Shown here: positions 8,784 to 16,790 of the stretch, piece by piece
How the letters are laid out: each line of letters begins with the position of its first letter
How positions within the stretch are numbered: the stretch's first letter is position 1
Assembly (NCBI GenBank): GCA_001804415.1
Contig: MHGA01000006.1
Coordinates: forward strand, 14,308 to 78,307
From: Candidatus Aquivivens invisus
GTDB lineage: Bacteria; Omnitrophota; Gorgyraeia; Aquiviventales; Aquiviventaceae
Reading direction: 5' to 3'
DNA: 64,000 nt
Position numbers and translations under genes: made by a program
The notes under the pieces: model-generated
What the model was told of the DNA's origin: nothing
Seen by the model: only the letters and a program-made list of their open reading frames with translations
Databases searched by the model: none

Positions 8784-10403
8784 ATGCCCGAGACGCTCCA
8801 CACCACCGCCTTGACCCCTGAGCCCATCGTCAGGCTCGAGAACTATTTCCGCGAGCCGTACAACCTCGCCGTCGCGGCGGCGCGCACCTGTTACTCCTCC
8901 CAGGTGATCTCGACGGACGATGTGGACCGCGATGACCAAACCCGCGCCCAGCGGGACCGCATCGCGGAGAGCATCTACAAGGCCGGCCATCACACGACGA
9001 TCCAGCACCCCACCTTCCAGTTCGTCCTTGAGCGCGTGTCACGCCACTGCATTTGGTCCTTCCTCCACGCGCATCCTTTTTATAACAGCGAGCAGGTTTC
9101 ACAACGTTTTGTCGAGGTGAAGCCGGAGCATTTTACGATCCCGCCGCTGGAAGACGCCGCCCGGTCGATCTACCTCAAGGCGGTGCGCGCGCAGATGGAC
9201 GCCTACCACCGCCTGTGCGAGCTGGTGGAGCCGACGGTCAACCTGGAGTATCGGCGGATCTTTCCCCATCGCGAGCTGTCGGACAAACGCTGGAAGGGCG
9301 CCATCAAGAAACGCTGCCAGGAGGTGGCGAGGTACGTCTTGCCGGTGGCGACCCACGCGCACCTCTACCACACGATCAGCGGGATTACCCTGCACCGCTA
9401 CTGGCGGCTATGCCGGCAGTTTGACGTCCCGCTGGAGCAGCGCTTCGTCGTGCAGCGAATGGTCGAGGAGGTGTGCCGGGTCGATCCGAAGTTCATGGCC
9501 CTGGCGGAGGATCCGATGCCGATGGAGGAGACGCTGGAGTATCGCGTGTTCCAGGCTCTCCACGCCGGATCCCCGGCCCGCCTCGATGGCCAGAGTCCGG
9601 GGCGGGCAACCAACGGGACGGGCCGAGGCTTTGTCGATGAATTCGACCGGGAGCTCGGTGCGCACACCTCCAGGCTGGTGGATTACAAGGCGCGCGCGCA
9701 AGAGACCCTGGCGCAGGCGGTGCGATCGGTGCTCGGCGTACCCAGAGGACAGCTGTCAGATCTGCAGGCGATCGATCTGGTGCTCAATCCGGCGCGCAAC
9801 CCCTACCTGTCCGACACGCTGACCCTCACGACGGTCAGCAAGCTCTCCCGCGCCCTGGTGCATCCCCACTTTACATTTAAGAAGAAACTGTCGCACACCG
9901 CTGATTCGCAGGACCAGCGCCACCGCATGGTGCCCGCCTCGCGGCCGATCCTGCTGACCCACTTCGTCGCGGATCGACCGGACTACATCACCCCCGTCCT
10001 GATTCGCGCCACCCCGGAAGCTCTCGCCTGCTACGGCGAGGTGATGACCACGGTCTGGCGCGCCATCACCCGGTTGCTCGAGCTAGGGGTGAGCCACGAA
10101 TTCGCGCTGTACCTGCTCCCCAATGCGTTTCCGATCCGGTTTGAAGAGTCGGGCGATTTGCTGCACTTCCATCACAAGTGGGTGCAGCGGCTCTGCTACA
10201 CGGCGCAGGAGGAAATCTGGAACAGCTGTCGCGAAGAGGTGTTGCAGGTGACCGAGCGTTTTCCGGAGATCGGCCGGTACCTCCAAGCGCCGTGCTGGCC
10301 GAGGTCGCAGGCAGGGATTCGTCCGTACTGTCCCGAAGGCGACCGCTTCTGCGGCGTCGCCGTGTGGAAGCTGCCGGTCGAAGAGTACCAACGGCTCATT
10401 TGA
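8784..10403 (+). CDS. Tandem-domain ThyX-like (flavin-dependent thymidylate synthase family) protein, 539 aa
   Basis: Two ThyX-like halves; the first has GHHTTIQH...SRHCIWSFLHAHPF..SQRF (RHR replaced by HAH), the second retains RHRMVPAS. Confidence 0.55.
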   Translation: MPETLHTTALTPEPIVRLENYFREPYNLAVAAARTCYSSQVISTDDVDRDDQTRAQRDRIAESIYKAGHHTTIQHPTFQFVLERVSRHCIWSFLHAHPFYNSEQVSQRFVEVKPEHFTIPPLEDAARSIYLKAVRAQMDAYHRLCELVEPTVNLEYRRIFPHRELSDKRWKGAIKKRCQEVARYVLPVATHAHLYHTISGITLHRYWRLCRQFDVPLEQRFVVQRMVEEVCRVDPKFMALAEDPMPMEETLEYRVFQALHAGSPARLDGQSPGRATNGTGRGFVDEFDRELGAHTSRLVDYKARAQETLAQAVRSVLGVPRGQLSDLQAIDLVLNPARNPYLSDTLTLTTVSKLSRALVHPHFTFKKKLSHTADSQDQRHRMVPASRPILLTHFVADRPDYITPVLIRATPEALACYGEVMTTVWRAITRLLELGVSHEFALYLLPNAFPIRFEESGDLLHFHHKWVQRLCYTAQEEIWNSCREEVLQVTERFPEIGRYLQAPCWPRSQAGIRPYCPEGDRFCGVAVWKLPVEEYQRLI

Positions 10404-10411
10404 AGCAAGCG

Positions 10412-10460
10412 ACAAGGGACAAGGGACAAGGGACAAGGGACAAGGGACAAGGGACAAGGA
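10412..10460. repeat. Tandem heptanucleotide repeat (ACAAGGG)x7 between thyX-like stop and cld-like start
   Basis: Seven consecutive 7-nt units, last one ACAAGGA. Confidence 0.95.
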
Positions 10461-10462
10461 AC

Positions 10463-11209
10463 ATGACCATGCCGATACCGGTCGAGGAAGCCAAGAGCCA
10501 CGCCCCCGCGGTTCAACGGGAGGCCGTGGCTCGGCAGATCGTGGGGTTCTCGTTCTACCGCGTGGATCCGGAGTGGAGGCGGCTGCCGGCTTCGACGAAG
10601 CGCAGGCAGGGCGGGGAGCTGGCCGGTGTCATCACGCGCTACGCCAAGCAGCTGATGGTGCTGACCTATTCGCTCGTCGGGTTGAAGCCCGACGTCGACT
10701 TCTTGATCTGGCGCGTGGGCAACCGGCTTGAGCAGCTGCAGGCGATGTCGGCGGCGGTTCGGCAGACGGCGATGGCCGGGTACCTGTCGATGCCGCACGC
10801 GTATCTGTCGATGACGAAACGGTCCACCTACGTGGATAAGCTCGATCCCGATCACGCGGATGCGCGGCGGTTCATCACGCCGTTTCACAGCAAGTACCTG
10901 TTCGTCTATCCCTTCGTGAAAACCCACGAATGGTATCAGCTCCCGTTCGAACAGCGCCAGGCGATGATGGACGAGCATATCGTCCTGGGGAACACGTACC
11001 CCTCGGTGCGGATCCACACGACCTACGGCTTCGGGCTGGATGATCACGAGTTCGTCCTCGCCTTTGAAACCGACCACCCTCAGGACTTCCTCGATCTCGT
11101 GATGGCGATGCGCGAGAGCAAGGCTCGCCCCTACACCCTGCGGGATACGCCGATCTTCACCTGTGTGGCCAAACCGTTTGATGAGATTCTCAATGAAATC
11201 GGCTGCTGA
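10463..11209 (+). CDS. Chlorite dismutase family protein (Cld-like/HemQ-like), cytoplasmic (no signal peptide)
   Basis: C-terminal half aligns with Nitrospira Cld (YxFVKTxEWYxLxxxxRxxMMxEH, GLDDxxF..FET); ATG right after the heptamer tract. Confidence 0.75.
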   Translation: MTMPIPVEEAKSHAPAVQREAVARQIVGFSFYRVDPEWRRLPASTKRRQGGELAGVITRYAKQLMVLTYSLVGLKPDVDFLIWRVGNRLEQLQAMSAAVRQTAMAGYLSMPHAYLSMTKRSTYVDKLDPDHADARRFITPFHSKYLFVYPFVKTHEWYQLPFEQRQAMMDEHIVLGNTYPSVRIHTTYGFGLDDHEFVLAFETDHPQDFLDLVMAMRESKARPYTLRDTPIFTCVAKPFDEILNEIGC

Positions 11210-11214
11210 ACGGC

Positions 11215-11913
11215 ATGCCCGAGTGTCTCACCGCTGAGGTCACGTACCCGAGCGACGGCCTCACGCTCAGGGGCTTCCTGGCGCGGCCACACGATGAGCA
11301 GCCTCGTCCCGCCGTGGTGGTGATCCACGAATGGTGGGGGCTCAACGACCACATCAAGGATGTCACCCAGCGGTTTGCGAAGGAAGGTTACGTGGCGCTG
11401 GCGCCTGACCTCTACTCCCGTGTGGGTCACAAGGTGACGAAGGACCCCGACGAGGCGGCGAAGCTGATGGAACGCCTGCAATCGCAACACGCGCTCAAAG
11501 ACCTCAACGCGGCCACGCGCTATCTCAAGACGCTATCGTGTGTCGACCCCATCAAGATCGGGGCGGTGGGGTTGGGCATGGGAGGGACGTTCGCCTTGAT
11601 GGTGGCCTCACACAACTCCGATGTCAAAGCCTCGGTGTCGTTTTACGGGCAGATCCCCCCAACCGATAGCCTCAAGTATCTCCTCGCGCCTATCCTCTAT
11701 CTCCACGGGGGGCAGGACGCGTGGATTCCGTCGCGCGAGGCGCAGCGCCTTGCTCAGGGGCTCAAACAATTCGGACGGCCGGGCGAGGTGCAGAGCTACG
11801 CGGATTGCCCGCACGCCTTTTTCAACGACACCCATCCTGAGGTGTATCGTTCGAACGAGGCCAAGGACGCCTGGCAACGGACCGCGCGTTTCCTCGCAAC
11901 CTACCTGAGGTAG
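11215..11913 (+). CDS. Dienelactone hydrolase family protein
   Basis: VVIHEWWGLNDH, alpha/beta hydrolase DLH layout, 232 aa. Confidence 0.75.
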   Translation: MPECLTAEVTYPSDGLTLRGFLARPHDEQPRPAVVVIHEWWGLNDHIKDVTQRFAKEGYVALAPDLYSRVGHKVTKDPDEAAKLMERLQSQHALKDLNAATRYLKTLSCVDPIKIGAVGLGMGGTFALMVASHNSDVKASVSFYGQIPPTDSLKYLLAPILYLHGGQDAWIPSREAQRLAQGLKQFGRPGEVQSYADCPHAFFNDTHPEVYRSNEAKDAWQRTARFLATYLR

Positions 11914-11915
11914 CC

Positions 11916-12395
11916 ATGGATGCCCAAGCGAAGAAGATCGCGTTGAGGAAAATTCCGCACGGCGTCTATATCATCGGGGTGGCGCAGGACGGCCAGCTCA
12001 ACGCCTTCACCGGCACGTGGCTGACGCAGGTGTCCTTCACGCCTCCGTTGGTCGCGCTGGGGATCAGGAAGGACAGCCACTCCTTGTCCATGATCCAGCA
12101 CGCCAAGGTGTTCTCGGTGAACATCCTGGGCAAAGAGCAGAAGCCGCTCGCCGAGCATTTCGTCAAGCCCGCCACCGTCATCGGGGAGAAACTCAAGACC
12201 GTTGCGCACCGCGCCGGCAAGACCGGGGCTCCGCTCTTGGATGACGCGATCGCCTTCGTGGAGTGCGAGGTGCGGGAAATCGCCAATGAGCTCGGCGACC
12301 ATGCGGTGGTCATCGGCGAGGTGGTGGAGGCCGGCGTGCGCAACGACGTGCCGGCCTTGACGCTGATAGACACCGGCTGGCACTACGGTGGTTAA
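11916..12395 (+). CDS. Flavin reductase-like (FMN-binding split-barrel) protein
   Basis: 159 aa, typical flavin reductase domain (YIIGVAQDGQLNAFTGTWLTQVSFTPP). Confidence 0.7.
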   Translation: MDAQAKKIALRKIPHGVYIIGVAQDGQLNAFTGTWLTQVSFTPPLVALGIRKDSHSLSMIQHAKVFSVNILGKEQKPLAEHFVKPATVIGEKLKTVAHRAGKTGAPLLDDAIAFVECEVREIANELGDHAVVIGEVVEAGVRNDVPALTLIDTGWHYGG

Positions 12396-13929
12396 GTCTC
12401 TGGTTCGCTGGGCGAGGTGGGGCTGGCTGGTTCTCCTCCTCGGCTACTGCGCGCTGTTTTTCGCCGAGCCGATCAATCTCACCACCGCCGACCTGGGCCG
12501 GCATCTCAAGAACGGCCAGCTTGTCTGGCAGCATCCGGAGCTTCTCTCCACCAACTTCTACTCCTACACCGAGCCCACCCACCCCTTCCTCAATCACCAT
12601 TGGGCGAGCGGGATGGTGTTCTTTCTCATCTGGAGGCTCGGTGGGTTCGCCGGCCTGCACCTGTTCTTCATCGCGCTGAATCTCGCGGCTCTGGCCATCG
12701 CATGGCGATGCGCCGAGGAACGGGCCGGGGTCGGCGTCGCCGCGTGGCTCTCCATCCTCCTGCTCCCGCTCCTGGCCATTCGGGCTGAGGTTCGTCCCGA
12801 AGCCTTCAGCCTGCTCTTCACGTCGGTCTTCTTTCAGCGGTTGCTTCGATTCAGAGACCAACGGGCCTCACAACGCTCGGTGTGGTGGTTGCCTCTGCTC
12901 GAAGCCGTGTGGGTGAATCTCCACAGCTATTTTTTCCTGGGCCCGGCGCTGATCGCCGCCTTCCTCGTCGACAGCTTGTGCTCGCCCGCACGGAGGGGAC
13001 AGGCGCGCGTGTTGGCCGTCGTGCTGAGCCTGGCGATGCTGGCCACGCTGCTCAATCCCTTTGGGATCACGGGAGCCCTAGTGCCGTTGACGATCTTTCA
13101 GGAGTATGGCTACCGGTTGTTTGAGAACCAGACGATCCCGTTTCTCCTCGCTCGTTTTCAGATGCCCGCCTTGTGGCTCTTTCTCGGCGTGTTTATGGCG
13201 CTGGCCCTCAGCCTGGGGGGCGCGTGGGCTCGGGTGGGGAAATCAGCGGGAGTGGCCGAGACGCTCATCGCCGTTGGCGTCAGCGCCATGGGCTGGGTGG
13301 CCTATCGGAATCTGGCGTTGTTCGGGCTATTGGCCTTGCCGCTGATCGCCTCAGCGCTTGGCGTGCTGCGAGCGGTCCGTCCGCGCAACGACCGGTTCTT
13401 CGCGCTGGCCGCGGTGCTGTCGCTTGCGCTGGTCATCGCCGTCCCGTCGACGGTGTGGTCGCTTCCTCCGGCCTCCGGACGGCGTCTGGGTCTTGAGCCA
13501 GGCGACGGCGAGGCGGCGGCGTTTATCCGGCAGCAGCATCTTGAAGGCCCCATCTTTAATAACTATGACATCGGCGGCTACCTGATCTTCCACCTGTTTC
13601 CTGAGCACCGCGTCTTTGTCGACAACCGGCCGGAGGCGTATTCCGCGGCGTTCTTCAGGGAGCTCTATATCCCGATGCAAGAGGATGACGCGGTGTGGCG
13701 CGAGGCGGAGGCGAGGTTCGGGTTGAACATGATCGTCTTCCACCGGCACGACTTGACGCCGTGGGGGCAGCGCTTCATGATCGCGCGCGTGGACGATCCC
13801 GCGTGGGCCCCGGTCTTTGCGGACCGCGACACCCTCATCCTGCTGAAGCGAAACGTGCGCAACCGATCAGCGATCGACCGCTTTGAAATTCCCCGAAGCG
13901 CGTTTCACGTGACGCGCGCAAGCCCTTGA
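12388..13929 (+). CDS. Large polytopic membrane protein, unknown function (glycosyltransferase-39/ArnT-like topology possible)
   Basis: 513 aa, about 12 hydrophobic helices plus C-terminal soluble domain; GTG start overlapping previous gene. Confidence 0.5.
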   Translation: MVKSLVRWARWGWLVLLLGYCALFFAEPINLTTADLGRHLKNGQLVWQHPELLSTNFYSYTEPTHPFLNHHWASGMVFFLIWRLGGFAGLHLFFIALNLAALAIAWRCAEERAGVGVAAWLSILLLPLLAIRAEVRPEAFSLLFTSVFFQRLLRFRDQRASQRSVWWLPLLEAVWVNLHSYFFLGPALIAAFLVDSLCSPARRGQARVLAVVLSLAMLATLLNPFGITGALVPLTIFQEYGYRLFENQTIPFLLARFQMPALWLFLGVFMALALSLGGAWARVGKSAGVAETLIAVGVSAMGWVAYRNLALFGLLALPLIASALGVLRAVRPRNDRFFALAAVLSLALVIAVPSTVWSLPPASGRRLGLEPGDGEAAAFIRQQHLEGPIFNNYDIGGYLIFHLFPEHRVFVDNRPEAYSAAFFRELYIPMQEDDAVWREAEARFGLNMIVFHRHDLTPWGQRFMIARVDDPAWAPVFADRDTLILLKRNVRNRSAIDRFEIPRSAFHVTRASP

Positions 13930-13969
13930 CCCCCACACCAATTGTCGCAGACAACAATTGGTGTGGGGG
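13930..13969. promoter_or_regulatory. Perfect 16-bp-arm palindrome (CCCCCACACCAATTGT-N7-ACAATTGGTGTGGGGG) immediately after the stop at 13929
   Basis: Read directly; no T-run on either side. Confidence 0.6.
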
Positions 13970-14015
13970 CTTGACCCTCTCGTTGCGGGGTGTCAGAATA
14001 GCCAGAGGAGGATCG

Positions 14016-14336
14016 GTGATTCGACGCTCGCGTCGTGTCGTCATCATGGGGCTCGCCGTCTGTTGGAGCCTGAGCGGTCCGGCACAACCGGTGTCGGCAG
14101 ATGCCCTTGGGGATCTTGTTGGAGGGCTTGGGCAGCTGCTCATCGGCGCGTTTGCCATTCCGGTTGAAGCCATCCAGGGGACGCTCAACGGGCCGCCGAT
14201 TCTTGGGACCATCGGCGGCATCCTCAGCGGGACGGTCCATACGGTCGGTTCAACACTGGGCGGGGTGCTGCAGATCGCCAAATCCGTCGTCCCCCTCGCC
14301 ACCTCCCTGGTGCCATTTCTTCCCTGGGTTCTCTAG
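14016..14336 (+). CDS. Small secreted Gly-rich protein, divergent member of the small secreted paralog family (see 37489, 47084, 56874)
   Basis: SD AGGAGG 4 nt before GTG; signal peptide; shares PxEAIQG...G...GG..H.V block with paralogs. Confidence 0.55.
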   Translation: MIRRSRRVVIMGLAVCWSLSGPAQPVSADALGDLVGGLGQLLIGAFAIPVEAIQGTLNGPPILGTIGGILSGTVHTVGSTLGGVLQIAKSVVPLATSLVPFLPWVL

Positions 14337-14343
14337 CCCTTCC

Positions 14344-15195
14344 GTGACCGTGCATCGCACCCGGCTGTCAACCTACGCCAACTTCATCAAACTTGAGCAC
14401 ACGATTCTTTCTCTGCCGCTCATCTATGCGGGAGCCGTCGTGGGTGCGGCAGGGTGGCCCTCGATCCGGCTGGCCGGCCTGATCCTGCTTGCGGCGATCG
14501 GAGGACGGGTGATGGCGATGGGATTGAACCGCCTCATCGACGCCGCCATCGATGCGCGCAACCCCCGCACGAAGGGCCGCGAGCTGCCAAGCGGCACGAT
14601 GCGACCGCTTGAGGCGTGGGGGATCGTCGGACTGGCCGGCCTGCTCTATGCAGGCAGTGCGGCGGCGGTTGCGCCGATCTGCCTGATCTGGTCGCCGCTG
14701 CCGGTTGCGCTGTTTGTCCTGTATCCGTATCTGAAGCGATTCACCGCGCTCTCACACGTTGGACTCGGTCTGGCTTGGTCGATGGGCCCGCTCGGTGGAT
14801 GGTTGGCGACTGCGCAGTCGTTGGCGCACCTTGATCAGATCATGTGGCTGTGGCTGTTCGCCGTCTTGTGGGTGGCGGGGTTCGACGTGATCTACGCCAC
14901 CCTGGATGAAGCGTTCGACCGGCAGGAAGGGTTGCATTCGCTGCCTGCGCGGATGGGAAAAGACCGCGCCCTGCGAGTTGCCGCGTTGTTGCACGCCGCC
15001 GCGTTCATGGCTCTGGCCATCTTACAGCGCGACGTCCTGCGCTCACCCGTTGGCTGGCCGTGGCTGCTCGCCATCGCCGCCATTCTCATTTGGGAGCACG
15101 CCATCGCTCCCCGCCGCCCAGAGTTCGCCTTCTTCTACTTAAATGCCGCTCTCGGCTTCCTTGTCTTCGGTCTGGTTGCATCCGGCTTGAGATAA
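14344..15195 (+). CDS. UbiA-family prenyltransferase, probable menaquinone (futalosine-route) prenyltransferase MqnP-like
   Basis: NRLIDAAIDARNPRTKGRELPSG UbiA motif, 8-9 TM; adjacent to UbiX/UbiD homologs. Confidence 0.75.
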   Translation: MTVHRTRLSTYANFIKLEHTILSLPLIYAGAVVGAAGWPSIRLAGLILLAAIGGRVMAMGLNRLIDAAIDARNPRTKGRELPSGTMRPLEAWGIVGLAGLLYAGSAAAVAPICLIWSPLPVALFVLYPYLKRFTALSHVGLGLAWSMGPLGGWLATAQSLAHLDQIMWLWLFAVLWVAGFDVIYATLDEAFDRQEGLHSLPARMGKDRALRVAALLHAAAFMALAILQRDVLRSPVGWPWLLAIAAILIWEHAIAPRRPEFAFFYLNAALGFLVFGLVASGLR

Positions 15196-15216
15196 CGGCG
15201 CTCCTTATCCAATCTA

Positions 15217-15245
15217 TTGATAATATACATTCTATATAGTATAAT
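15217..15245 (+). promoter_or_regulatory. Canonical sigma-70 promoter TTGATA-17nt-TATAAT upstream of phd/yefM antitoxin
   Basis: -35 TTGATA 15217-15222, 17-nt spacer, -10 TATAAT 15240-15245, SD GGGAGGGAGAGG before ATG 15285; AT-rich island. Confidence 0.7.
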
Positions 15246-15284
15246 CATATTAGTGGAATTGAGTTGGTAGCAGGGAGGGAGAGG

Positions 15285-15551
15285 ATGAAGGAGATCACAG
15301 CTCTCGAGCTTCGGAAGCGCTTTGGGGAAGTCATGGAAGATGTTCGTTATCGCAAGGAGCCGTATCTCGTAAAGCGGAACGGACGCCCCATGATCGTGCT
15401 GCTTGATATCGATGCGTATCAGGCCGATGAAAGTCGCCGAAAGGAAGACGTCTTCATTGAAGACTATACCGAGGAGCGTCTTCAGGAATTCTTAGAGGAA
15501 GACCGCCTGGATCCCGGCGTGCAGGCCCGTGTGAATCGGCGTCTGCGATAA
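15285..15551 (+). CDS. Phd/YefM-family antitoxin
   Basis: MKEITALELRKRFGEVMEDV...PYLVKRNGRPMIVLLDIDAYQ typical YefM/Phd N-domain. Confidence 0.8.
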   Translation: MKEITALELRKRFGEVMEDVRYRKEPYLVKRNGRPMIVLLDIDAYQADESRRKEDVFIEDYTEERLQEFLEEDRLDPGVQARVNRRLR

Positions 15552-15983
15552 ATGGTCCGGGTCTTCCTGGATGCGAACGTGTATTTCGCTGGTTGTTATT
15601 CTGCGAAGGGGGCCTCGGCGCTCCTGCTGAAGCTGGCGGTGCGCAAACGCCTCCAAGTGGTGGCATCTCGGCTAGTATTGCGGGAAGCCGAGCGCAACTT
15701 GCATGCGAAAGCCGATCGCAAGGCTCTGCGCGTGTTTCATCGGTTCTTAGAGACTGCCACCCCGCGCATACTTCGAACGCCATCCGCCAAAACGCTCGCT
15801 GCCTACGAGACGATTATTCATCCGAAAGACGTCCCAGTGCTGGCTGCGGCCGTTGAAGCAAAGGTTGACTATCTGGTGACGCTGGACCGCCGGCATTTCT
15901 TTGCCCCCCTCGTCGAGGCCCGAATTAAATCGCCGCGCATTCTGGCCCCCGGCGACTTCCTACAGGAATGGCTGTCGAGATGA
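15552..15983 (+). CDS. PIN-domain (VapC-like) toxin
   Basis: FLDANVY PIN signature, TAAATG junction with antitoxin. Confidence 0.75.
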   Translation: MVRVFLDANVYFAGCYSAKGASALLLKLAVRKRLQVVASRLVLREAERNLHAKADRKALRVFHRFLETATPRILRTPSAKTLAAYETIIHPKDVPVLAAAVEAKVDYLVTLDRRHFFAPLVEARIKSPRILAPGDFLQEWLSR

Positions 15984-16219
15984 AACGTACAAAACGCGAA
16001 GTGGCGGACATCATTGACTCATTTTTATCAGGCGAGGGAGAGGAGTGGGACTGGGATGATTTTACCAGCATTCCAATTCACGATCCCGAGTTAAACAGAA
16101 TTCGTCTGAGGTGCGTTCAACTCGACAAAGAATTTCCTCCAGAGAAACGTGGCGAGTATTGTAATGCTCATGGAATGGACGTGTTGCGGGATTATGTGAA
16201 GCGATTACGGACGAAATAG
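15979..16219 (+). CDS. Small acidic hypothetical protein in low-GC island (80 aa)
   Basis: ATGA overlap with vapC stop; markedly AT-rich codon usage. Confidence 0.4.
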
Positions 16220-16226
16220 AGATCTG

Positions 16227-16790
16227 ATGGAGAGAATGATGCGCATTGTAGTCGGGATGACGGGGGCGTCGGGGGCGGTCTTCGGGGTGGAGTTTCTGCG
16301 GCGATGTCAGGCGGAGAAATACCTGATTCTGACGAAGTGGGGGCGGTACGTGCTGAAAGAAGAAACCGGCCTGACCGAACACCATCTAGCCGAGCATGTC
16401 AAACGCAGCTTTTCAGACGACGATCTCTCCGCGCCGTTTTCCTCAGGGTCGACGCCGTTCGATGCGCTGGTGATCGTGCCCTGCTCCGCCTCGACGATGG
16501 CCAAGCTCGCTGTCGGGATTGCCGATACCCTGCTGACAAGGGCGGCGATGGTCGCTCTCAAAGAACGGCGAAAGCTGATCATCTGCCTTCGCGAGACGCC
16601 GTTGTCCACCATCCACTTGGAACAGGCGCACAAGCTCTCGCAGGCCGGCGCCATCGTGATGCCGATTTGCCCGCCGTTCTATCACCGCCCCCAGACGATC
16701 GACGAGATGGTGAGCCAGTTCACCGAGAAGGTCCTGAGTCTCCTCGGATTCGAAACCTCGCTTGCTTGGAAAGCCGAAGCCCTTGAGTAA
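16227..16790 (+). CDS. ubiX: Flavin prenyltransferase UbiX family (MqnL-like in futalosine route)
   Basis: Flavoprotein fold motifs GMTGASGAV, PCSASTMAKLAVGIADTLLTRAA. Confidence 0.85.
   Translation: MERMMRIVVGMTGASGAVFGVEFLRRCQAEKYLILTKWGRYVLKEETGLTEHHLAEHVKRSFSDDDLSAPFSSGSTPFDALVIVPCSASTMAKLAVGIADTLLTRAAMVALKERRKLIICLRETPLSTIHLEQAHKLSQAGAIVMPICPPFYHRPQTIDEMVSQFTEKVLSLLGFETSLAWKAEALE

Noticed and set aside
10083-10457. ORFs translating the heptamer arrays (MSLVPCPLSLVPCPLS..., also 45530-45754 and 58303-58593)
   Set aside because: The periodic peptides arise from reading through the repeat tracts. No independent start or SD is present, and they overlap real genes.
10178-11209. 343-aa ORF extending the cld-like gene upstream through the heptamer array into thyX
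   Set aside because: The upstream part overlaps the thyX-like C-terminus in another frame. ATG 10463 directly after the array gives a normal 248-aa Cld-family protein.
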